Assembly (NCBI RefSeq): GCF_006345805.1
Contig: NW_021828389.1
Location: 1 to 8,571 of the forward strand
Direction of reading: 5' to 3'
Source of the DNA: Octopus sinensis
Taxonomy: Eukaryota
Length of the DNA: 8,571 nt
The notes under the pieces were generated by a model. That model made no database searches, had not been told where the DNA came from, and saw only the letters and a program-made list of their open reading frames with translations. The position numbers were made by a program, and so were the translations under genes. Position 1 is the first letter of the stretch. Every line of letters begins with the position of its first letter. Below are positions 1 to 7,420 of this stretch, in pieces.

Positions 1-67
1 ACCACCCATATTTAAGGACATCTGATGATAGCCTGGCCGTAGATTCAGATCAATCGTGTTATTTTTT

Positions 68-118
68 TTTTATCTAGTTTCAGCTCACAAGCCGTGGCCA
101 TGCTGGGGCACCGCCATT
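68..118 (-). mobile_element. 51-bp SINE 3'-tail-like unit (AATGGCGGTGCCCCAGCATGGCCACGGCTTGTGAGCTGAAACTAGATAAAA), followed by an A-run
   Basis: 48/51 identical to the reverse complement of 7798-7848. Resembles the GGCGGTGCCCCAGCATGGCC...CTGAAAC 3' tail I recall from octopus SINEs. Confidence 0.7.
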
Positions 119-131
119 TTAAAAAAAGTGT

Positions 132-211
132 TGGCGGCCGGCTATGAGACACGAACTCGTACCTCTGTGATTACGCGTCGCAATGCGCTGAACCATTAAG
201 CTAAACTGCCC
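132..211 (-). pseudogene. Degenerate tRNA-like sequence (Thr-CGT-like anticodon arm), tRNA pseudogene or SINE head
   Basis: Minus strand reads GGGCAGTTTAGCTTAATGGTTCAGCGCATTGCGACGCGTAATCACAGAGGTACGAGTTCGTGTCTCATAGCCGGCCGCCA. It has an A-box-like TAGCTTAATGG, anticodon arm TGCGA-CGCGTAA-TCACA, T-arm ACGAG-TTCGTGT-CTCAT, a 3' GCCA end and a T7 run just downstream. Several stem mismatches and G instead of U33. Confidence 0.55.
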
Positions 212-489
212 ACACCAGTTTATTAAATTCTAATCAATTTATATTTTAGGATTTGTATCTGGTTTGCAAGATTCTTTGTGTGAATTCGTGTGCTGAAGCA
301 AATTTTGTTGTCTGGGGAGAGTCATGCTGCCTTAAAACCTTATTATCCAACCGTAACCGCTTCAGCTTCCAATCATTTATTTATTTATTTATTTTTTTTT
401 GTGTCTTCCAGAATTTGTCGTTGCTTTTGCAACGCTGTCAATGGATGTAACATCCATTGACAAGGTTGCAAAAGCAGCGAAAGTTTCTG

Positions 490-496
490 AATAATG

Positions 497-540
<44 letters not shown>

Positions 541-614
541 TAATAATAATAATAATAATTATGATGATGATGATGATGATGATAATAATAAAAAGGATGA
601 TGATGATGATGATG

Positions 615-664
<50 letters not shown>

Positions 665-820
665 TAATAATAATAATAATAATAACAACAACAACAACAA
701 CAGCAGCAATAACAACATCAACAATAACAATAACAATAACGAAAACAATAATGATAATAATAATAACAACAACAACAACAAAAACAACAACAACAACAAC
801 AACAATAATAATAATAATAA
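490..820. repeat. Compound trinucleotide microsatellite (AAT)n/(ATG)n/(AAC)n
   Basis: Directly visible; source of the poly-I/N/L/Y ORFs in the track. Confidence 0.98.
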
Positions 821-1680
821 AAGTTGATGAGATTCTGAAACTCATTCTGAGAAAAGACCTAACAGAAACAAAGGGCTCGATCAGTTCCGCTTCAATTTTA
901 GTGGGTGAACTGGTTGGAAAGAAAGAGAGGAAAGAAGCCATGGTGGAAGCGGATACTCTAACTTGGCGTAAAGATCTGAGTCGCATAGAAGAGTGGTCGA
1001 AAGGGCAGTGGGAAAATGGGAAAGAAAATGCAAGGGCATACCTTGACGCGAAGTAGCAAATGGAAAAGAAAGGGTTCAAAACTGTCACCGAAACCCTAAA
1101 ATAGCATGTGCGGGCTAAAACTTTGAAGGGGCAGCGCTACATTGATTGCATATCGCAGTTCCAGTAAAACCGGTTATTCTCAAATATCCAGAGGTAGATT
1201 TTTAAGGGCTTACGAGGAAATACAGAAGATGATAGACCTCCTGAAGCAGAAGAAACCCGCCAATTTTGGAATAACATCTGGGAGCAAGAACAACCAGAGT
1301 TGAGTGGATTCATTCCGTGAGATGAGAACTCGATCACTCGGAGGCTCCACGACAGAACCATGCAACGGAAGATGCCATTGCACAGATATCAAAACTGCCA
1401 AACTGGAAAGCAGAGGGAATTCAAGGCTCAAGTACTCAAGTGGTTTAGGTCGACACACAAGAGGTCTGTGTTGCAATTAGACAATTGCCTACGGAGCGGT
1501 GCAGTTCCAGAGTGGACGGTAGAGCGAAGAAGAACAACATTGTTAATGAAGGGATCGGTCAAAGGGCAATGAGATTGGCAATTACCGACCCATTGCTTGG
1601 AAAGCATTAACAGGTACCCTCGCAGGTACATGGAAAATATATACGTCCCTTGCGAATATCAAAGCTGCAAGAACCGCGTG
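821..1680 (+). mobile_element. Degenerate R4/Dong-clade (RLE-type) non-LTR retrotransposon, pre-RT region and start of RT
   Basis: Across frameshifts and stops it reads KVDEILK..DLTET, KKPWWKRIL, RKDLSRIEEWSKG, Q*NRLFSNIQR, EAEETRQFWNNIWE, KLPNWKA-EGIQG, LQLDNCLRSGAVPEW, RTTLLMK, NEIGNYRPIA-WKALTG, PCEYQSCK. These match the R4/Dong motifs EPWWKRRL, RKDLSRL, QNRLF, FWSxIW, PNWKAPGPDGxQG, GNYRPITCL..WKLLTG, LPEEQKGC as I recall them. Confidence 0.88.
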
Positions 1681-3088
1681 CACATGTGTGTTCGTTCGTT
1701 AGTGTGGAGTTTTTTCTCCCTTTTATGTTTTGGTCAAAACCTATGGTTAAATTCTTTGGGACATATATATAAACATGGAATGTGTGGCGGTGGAAAAAGG
1801 TTTATAGGGTGGATAACCCCTGTGTTATGACATTGCGAGTGTGTTTGTGTGTGTTCTGGTCAAATTCTTTGCCAGATTCCAAGGTGGTGGGAGGGCCGAA
1901 GTTGGGGGAACTGGCGATTATAGTTACGATGGGACACGTAGGTATGATAGGATGTACTTCCTTTCATATGGGCAAAGATTAAAAATTTCACTTCTGCTGT
2001 TCAGACAAATGCCTTGGTGCTATGACTCTTTTCTCAGCCACGCATAATCTGCACTCCTTGCAACCATTGAAGTAAGCTTTGCATTTCTCTAATACCATCC
2101 ACTTTATTGCCATTGGGCTTATAGCTTCTTGACGGTTTAATCGATTCCTTTATATTTTTTTTTTCACTCTCTTTCTCCCCTAAATGTTTAAAGAGTCTTT
2201 CTTAAATCTTAAAATATTCATCCTTGATATAATTCATCAATGCACCTCTCTTAACTCCAGTGCATTCGTTCTGTTTATTTTAACTATACACATCCATATG
2301 TATCAAATGTAGAGACGAGAAAGCACATCGGTGCAAAACAAAGTGGAAAAAATAGCATTCGAATACCAAGGAAGAGTAAAATACTAATTTATTAAAGCTG
2401 AGAAAATGTTCACAAACTGTTACTCGGGGTTTCGCATGTCTGCTCATCAGACAGTTGTGATAAACGTCGCCAATCTTCTCTGCCCGTGTACCCTTTTCTC
2501 GCAACTACGCTACACAATACAATATAATTTAGTACATCATTTCTTTACGACTGATTCTACCGATTACTTGAAAGGATTTATGGAGTCGGTTTTAAATTTG
2601 GCGCCGATCTAAGTGATAAAGGAACCATCGCTGCCAGACTCTGATTCTGAGCGGAATCCGTAGATTTAAAGGCAATTGAATATAAAACATACCATTCAAA
2701 TCATTTTCTAGTGTATTTGTTTTGATCAGTCAATAACACCGTGTAACACGATTTTTGTCCTTGGGTAGCAACTACTATTTACTATTTGCTGACCCTAAAT
2801 TGTGCTTTTATTACATTTATTCAAATCCCAAAGAACCCCTCCCAACACATGGCAAATATCGTTATAGCAAATATTCTGCTCAATACCACAGATTTTTTTG
2901 TCAGTTGCTTGACCTTAACTACTTGAGCCTGTCCCTTAAAGTCTGATAATATGTGCATCTTTAATCATGAGCAGAAGAAATAGGGGAGTATCATAGTGTT
3001 GAGAGAGATTCTTAGGGGTTTGAATAAATGTAACAAAAGCAAAGTTTGAAGGAAATATTAGCAATTTTTCATATTTTCTAAGGGTAAG

Positions 3089-3100
3089 CAAATAGGAAAT
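3089..3100 (+). repeat. Target-site duplication of the SINE, left copy (CAAATAGGAAAT)
   Basis: Exact 12-bp match to 3464-3475. Confidence 0.92.
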
Positions 3101-3463
3101 GTGGAAGCACTCCGTCGGTTACGACGACGAGGGTTCCGGTTGATCCGATCAACGGAACAGCCTGCTCGTGAAATTAACGTATAAGTGGCTGAGCACTCCA
3201 CAGACACGTGTACCCTTAACGTAGTTCTCGGGGATATTCAGCGTGACACAGAGTGTGACAAGGCCGGCCCCTTGAAATACAGGTACAACAGAAACAGGAA
3301 GTAAGAGTGAGAGAAAGTTGTGGTGAAAGAGTACAGCAGGGAGCCTCGTGGAGCTTTAGGTGTTTTCGCTCAACAAACACTCACAACGCCCGGTCTGGGA
3401 ATCGAAACCGCGATCCTACGACCGCGAGTCCGCTGCCCTAACCACTGGGCCATTGCGCCTCCA
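3101..3463 (-). mobile_element. Full-length tRNA-derived SINE (363 bp), octopus-type
   Basis: Minus-strand 5' end TGGAGGCGCAATGGCCCAGTGGTTAGGGCAGCGGACTCGCGGTCGTAGGATCGCGGTTTCGATTCCCAGACC has A box TGGCCCAGTGG and B box GGTTTCGATTCCC. A 3' hairpin lies at 3133-3158. Flanked by a perfect 12-bp TSD. Confidence 0.92.
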
Positions 3464-3475
3464 CAAATAGGAAAT
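3464..3475 (+). repeat. Target-site duplication of the SINE, right copy (CAAATAGGAAAT)
   Basis: Exact 12-bp match to 3089-3100. Confidence 0.92.
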
Positions 3476-3699
3476 AAGCCTTACTAGCAAAGACAAAAAT
3501 CGTGTTACACAGAGTAGTCAGCCAGTTACCTGGCTCTGGTTTGTCGCTCGATATGAGATGTTGCGGGAGGAGAGGAAGTTATTCGTGCCATACAAGCGTG
3601 TACAGATATCTCTTCGAGTCCCATGGCGATGGAATAGTAGCGACATCTGCAGGTTTAACGAGATGGGAGCTCATAGTCACAGATTCGCACGTAGTTGGC

Positions 3700-4403
3700 T
3701 CCAGACTCATCTGACGTAGCTGCGTTATTGATAGGACAGCTGGTATTCTTCGTCGAGGTCCCGAGCGCCTGGGCAGCCATCTCTAGGGCAACATTGCTCA
3801 CCCAGAAATCTGGGAAAAGCATAGAAAAGGTGACCCAAGCAAATGCCTATTCGACCATGAAGCCGGTCAGCTGACGGCTGTTCGCAACAAGAGAACAACA
3901 AAGAGAAAACTGGCAAGAAATACAGATTAAGTGGTGATGAGCGTGGAATATCAGAGGATTTCTTGATAGCGAAAGGTTGAGTAACACTGCATGACAAACT
4001 GGCAGAGTGGTAAACGAGTTGGCTTGGTATAATATTGACATAGCTGCACTCTCGAAATCTCGGTTAAATGATGAAGATCGATTGACAGAAACAGGTTCTG
4101 GATACATCTTCTGGGAGGATAAGCCGAAGGGTATAAAGCGATAAGCGGGTTGGGTGTTTTGGTATTTGTACTGAGTTAACCAAGCAATAAGAACAACCGC
4201 CGGGTTTCGGTGGTAGAATTATTCTCTTTGGAGCCCCTTTGCCATGCAAACATCTAACGACTGTCCTTTCTGTTTCCGCGCCCACTCTACACTGCAGCAC
4301 TGAATCTGTTATGGCTTTCTATCAAGATCTTACATGAGTTACAACTTGGAGACCAAACGCAGATAAAATCCTCCTCCTTGGTGATTTCAACACACGTGTT
4401 TGA
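3700..4403 (+). mobile_element. Degenerate RTE-clade (BovB-like) LINE 5' fragment: probable 5' UTR plus APE endonuclease domain
   Basis: From 3941: AWNIRGFLD...VNELAWYNIDIAALSKSRLNDEDRLTETGSGYIFWEDKP, then after frameshifts VLSVSAPTL...AFYQDL...DKILLLGDFNTRV*. This matches the RTE APE motifs WNVRTL, ELARYNIDIAALSETR, GYTFFW, YAPT, LLGDFNARVG. The 5' boundary is approximate. Confidence 0.88.
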
Positions 4404-4420
4404 AGCAAATATTTTTCTTA

Positions 4421-4421
<1 letters not shown>

Positions 4422-4492
<71 letters not shown>

Positions 4493-4496
4493 CACG

Positions 4497-4538
<42 letters not shown>
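4422..4538. repeat. (CA)n microsatellite with CG interruptions
   Basis: Directly visible. Confidence 0.98.
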
Positions 4539-4541
<3 letters not shown>

Positions 4542-4837
4542 GCTTACATGTTGCAGGATGAGGGGTTAAAAACTTAAATTACAAGTTTTTGATGTTGCTT
4601 AAATCCCAGCAATGGACCGCTGCATTATCATTCTATAAAATGTGTCTGTGAGGAGAAAAATATTGAAAAACATCAATGCATGTCAGAGTGACGAAGAAAG
4701 GAGGGCGAGATCAGGTGGTTGGGAGATGTGCTGGAAACAACATCTAAAACTCCCTTAAATCACACACCTTTTCGTCTGAAAATCATTTTGAAATTATAGA
4801 CAGAAACAAAATTGTAGATTCGGATTGACTGCATTTT

Positions 4838-4882
4838 GATAAAAACAAATTTAATAAAAACAAATTTGATTAAAACAAATTT
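4838..4882 (+). repeat. Three tandem 15-bp units (GATAAAAACAAATTT / AATAAAAACAAATTT / GATTAAAACAAATTT)
   Basis: Directly visible at 4838-4852, 4853-4867 and 4868-4882. Confidence 0.85.
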
Positions 4883-4909
4883 GGAAAACTAACGCGAAAT
4901 TTTAGGATT

Positions 4910-4940
4910 TAGCTGCACTCTCGAAATCTCGGTTAAATGA
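4910..4940 (+). repeat. Exact 31-bp copy of 4041-4071 (TAGCTGCACTCTCGAAATCTCGGTTAAATGA) from the RTE endonuclease region
   Basis: 31/31 identity, same orientation, 869 bp apart; the flanks are unrelated. Confidence 0.93.
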
Positions 4941-5501
4941 AAAAATTTTTAATATTTTACTTTTTAAATTACGTTTCATTTTCTGTTTGAGAATAAAGAA
5001 GCGGGAATTGTAATGGTGTTTGCCAATTTCCAAATTTTTTTTTAAAACCTTCAAGGCTTCTCCGATCATTTTTCAGTGCATAGTCAAAAAACATTGACCA
5101 AAAGCGATCCTGAATCGAGGAGGGAGCGGTTGAAAAATGCCTAAATTTTCAAATTCTGCTGATTTTTTCTTCTTTTTTTCTTTTTACTGAAAAGGCGTCT
5201 TCCATTGTTTATAAGGGCAAAGGAAAAAAATTGGACAAAATCAGTCGGCAAGAAGCAAGGAAGGGAAATTATTAAATTTTCAAGCATTTTTCTTTCATAA
5301 AAAGCTTCTTTTCGCCTTCCTTCATTTCCAAGGGTCTGGTGGAAGCCAAAAAAAAAAAAGAAGACAAAAAAATAACCAAAAAAAAAACGAAGAAACACAT
5401 CAGAACGGAGAAAATTCAACTTATGTGGATGTGCTATTCGGAAAGTCTACCAGAGCATTCTAGTGAGTAAATTATTCGGCAACGACGGGATGCTCAACTA
5501 A

Positions 5502-5567
5502 TGTGTGTGCATGCGTGTGTGTGCGTGTGTGCGCGCGCGCATATATAGAGAGAGAGAAGGAGAGAGA
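5502..5567. repeat. Compound dinucleotide repeat (TG)/(CG)/(TA)/(GA)
   Basis: Directly visible. Confidence 0.9.
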
Positions 5568-5823
5568 TACTTGTGTATCCATTCATATACATATCTAATG
5601 TAGGATAAAATTTTTTTCGAAAAAAATGTTATCAATGGCCAGCATATTAAAAAATACCTTTAAAGGTTAAATTTATAAACAATTCATAAATAAGGGCAAA
5701 CGAAAAAATTTCTAATGCCAAATATGCGAAATTAGACACATTGTCCATTAACCATATAATTTTTTCACAATACGCATGCTACTCGAAAAAGGTCGACAGA
5801 AATTTCTAAAAAATTCCATTATT

Positions 5824-5886
5824 ACCATATTGGACCAATTTCAGGGTTAGCTCATAACAGCCATCTCTTCGTCAGTGATACATGTG
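5824..5886 (-). ncRNA. Minimal type I hammerhead-ribozyme-like motif, left arm
   Basis: Minus strand CCACATGTATCA-CTGACGA-AGAGA TGGCT GTTATG AGCTA ACCCT-GAAA-TTG-GTC-CAATATGG. Core CUGACGA at 5875-5869, stem II AGAG/CCCT plus TGGCT/AGCTA, GAAA at 5842-5839, quasi-palindromic AUUGGU stem III, GUC site. Stem I is ~6 bp with an A.C mismatch next to the core. Confidence 0.65.
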
Positions 5887-6185
5887 GCAAAATAGATAAA
5901 TGAGATACTTACTCATACCCATGGAAGAAGCAAACACTAAGTCATGGGCACAACTAAGTACCCCAAATACATCCAAAATAGAAATACTCCAGCCCATTCG
6001 AGGCACGTGCGATTTGAGGCACGTGCGATATCAATGGCCTCTGTGAGGCCTCAGTTCAAATCGCACGTGCCTCGAATGGGCTGGAGTATTTCTATTTTGG
6101 ATGTATTGGGGTACTTAATTGTGCTCATGACTTAGTGTTTGCTTCTTCCATGGGTATGAGTAAGTATCTCATTTATTTATTTTGC

Positions 6186-6224
6186 CACATGTATCACTGA
6201 CGAAGAGAAATCGGTCCGATATGG
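6186..6224 (+). ncRNA. Hammerhead-like motif with stem II deleted (presumed inactive), right arm
   Basis: CATGTATCA-CTGACGA-AGA-GAAA-TCG-GTC-CGATATGG. It lacks the 23 nt present in the left arm; stem III is the quasi-palindrome AUCGGU. Confidence 0.55.
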
Positions 6225-6331
6225 TAATAATGGAATTTTTTAGAAATTTCTGTCGACCTTTTTTCGAGTAGCGTGCGTATTGTGAAAAAATTATATGGTT
6301 AATGGACAATATGTCCAATTTTTCGGCATAC

Positions 6332-6368
<37 letters not shown>

Positions 6369-6369
6369 T
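6332..6369. repeat. (TA)n tract at the 3' end of the right foldback arm
   Basis: Directly visible. Confidence 0.95.
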
Positions 6370-6502
6370 GATAAGAGTAAATAATGTCTTTAATGCTTTA
6401 AAAAAAACCCAACAATTATTTACTGGTAGATTTCGGCATGTAAATATAACCATTAACGGTAGGAACTTCTATAAAGTTCAGTATATATATATTGTATATA
6501 AA

Positions 6503-6766
6503 TAAAAGCAACAGGTTGCTTAGCCGCAAACCGAAAAAATTAGAAATAGCAGTCAGAGACTGTTTATTTCTATTTTCTACAAATGAGACTCCACATACGA
6601 CATATCCCTGTAATTCACATATGCAAAACAGAAGGAACAAATAACGAAAACAAAGTCTAACGGTCATTTACGAACGCGTTTCTAAATTAGAAATATATAT
6701 TTCATGTCTTTCATCAGTGTAATTTTTTCGGTATGCGGCTAAGCAACCTGTTGCCTGCCACTTTTA
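6503..6766 (-). mobile_element. ~265-bp element with 34-bp inverted ends and an internal hammerhead-like motif, flanked by (TA)n on both sides
   Basis: 6508-6541 GCAACAGGTTGCTTAGCCGCAAACCGAAAAAATT versus the reverse complement of 6721-6754 is 33/34 identical. The outer TAAAAG also matches, with a 7-nt indel. TA tracts at 6482-6500 and 6766-6788. Confidence 0.75.
6666..6723 (-). ncRNA. Minimal type I hammerhead-ribozyme-like motif with palindromic ACGCGU stem III
   Basis: Minus strand TTACA-CTGATGA-AAGACAT GAAATATATATTTC TAATTTA-GAAA-CGCG-TT-CGTAA. Canonical CUGAUGA at 6717-6711 and GAAACGCGU at 6682-6674, stem I TTAC/GTAA with an A.C mismatch. The base of stem II pairs poorly, so it is probably decayed. 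Confidence 0.6.
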
Positions 6767-6789
6767 TATATATATATATATATATATAC

Positions 6790-6938
6790 AGGGAGAGTTT
6801 ACAAAAAAAAAAAGACAAAGACAGGTGGTGTACAAAACAAACAGATGTATTAGTATAACGCTCAGGAATAGAAAAAGTCCTTTACGTTTCGAGCCTACGC
6901 TCTTCTACAGAAAGAGACACAGAAAAAACAAGGAGAGA
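6790..6938 (-). mobile_element. Hammerhead-bearing ~150-bp repeat, copy A (Penelope-like pLTR-type), 3' end running into (TA)n
   Basis: Inverted homologue of 7421-7576. Minus strand GTCTCTTT-CTGTAGA-A-GAGC GTAG GCTC-GAAA-CG-TA-AAGGAC gives a variant core, a perfect 4-bp stem II, palindromic ACGU, and 5-bp stem I. Confidence 0.7.
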
Positions 6939-7347
6939 CCTCCTCGAGAAACATGAAGACGCAGGCTGAAAAGCAGAGCATTTTCCAATCGAAGTCGGAT
7001 GTAGAGGGTTTGTTGGACACAGTGCGAGACGACTGTTGTTATCGCTAGGCCTAACTCATCGTAAAGTCAATACCACCATGACTGATATCCAATCTACAGT
7101 GGAGAAGGCTAGCCACTGGATTTGGCTAAAAAGAGATGATGAGCGATGGCTAGAAGGATATTGAGCTTTATTTGATAACCAGCTGATCTAGCAAGCGGGG
7201 CCTCATATCAGTGAAGGAGGTGGGGCGGTGCGCATTGATGCCCTCGAAACGGCGCACATTCTCTCCTGATGACCCCATACACTTGCTGGCTTCCGGTATG
7301 CGGAGTTTTTGACTGGTAGCACTTGCATGTGCAAGTTGTTGCAAGAC
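6939..7347 (+). mobile_element. HERO-clade-like (RLE-type) non-LTR retrotransposon 3' fragment: ORF C-terminus 6940-7164 plus 3' UTR
   Basis: Frame 1 reads LLEKHEDAG*KAEHFPIEVGCRGFVGHSARRLLLSLGLTHRKVNTTMTDIQSTVEKASHWIWLKRDDERWLEGY*. This matches the HERO-type terminal motifs GWKA..PVEVGCRGF and AEKASRWLWLKR as I recall them; the internal TGA sits at the conserved W. The 3' end runs into (TA)n. Confidence 0.82.
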
Positions 7348-7395
7348 ATATATATATATAAATATATATATTATATTATATATATATATATATAT
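7348..7395. repeat. Imperfect (TA)n tract after the HERO-like 3' end
   Basis: Directly visible. Confidence 0.95.
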
Positions 7396-7420
7396 CGGTA
7401 GCCACTACACACATTTTTTT

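Larger units (their letters stand above)
5724..6331. mobile_element. ~600-bp foldback: inverted arms 5724-6017 and 6056-6331 with a 38-nt spacer; probable inverted Penelope-like pLTR duplication
   Basis: By hand alignment the arms differ by about a dozen small changes plus one 23-nt indel (roughly 95% identity). Each arm carries a hammerhead-like core pointing outward, and the right arm ends in (TA)n. The PLE assignment is inference; no PLE ORF is visible. Confidence 0.75.

Noticed and set aside
22-60. CTGATGA followed by a GC-rich stretch as another hammerhead
   Set aside because: No stem II followed by GAAA downstream.
389-827. Long ORFs with poly-L/I/Y/N/M/H tracts
   Set aside because: They are translations of the compound trinucleotide microsatellite.
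2038-2071. 34-nt micro-exon between TTTTTCTCAG and GTAAGC (one open frame, THNLHSLQPL)
   Set aside because: Good splice-like words but no homology or partner exon; expected by chance in 8.5 kb.
3660-3800. HDV-like ribozyme at the RTE 5' end, as known for some RTEs
   Set aside because: A TTC-TTCGTC-GAG P3/L3-like piece exists, but I could not build P1, P1.1 and P2 convincingly by eye; an RNArobo/Infernal search is needed.
4950-5420. AT-rich segment as a possible DNA-transposon remnant, with a 92-aa minus-strand ORF
   Set aside because: No TIR pair, TSD or transposase motif found; the ORF is driven by T/A runs.
5944-6135. 63-aa ORF crossing the foldback centre
   Set aside because: No recognisable motif; it spans an inversion junction and is probably a chance frame.
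6421-6480. TTTCGGC (GCCGAAA on the minus strand) and hairpin GAACTT-CTATA-AAGTTC as a further hammerhead
   Set aside because: No CUGANGA core in the right position.
7208-7277. GAAAC plus CTGATGA in the HERO 3' UTR as a type II/III hammerhead
   Set aside because: The nucleotides before GAAA (CCCTC) and after CTGATGA (CCCC) cannot pair, and the alternative core CAGTGAAG is too divergent.
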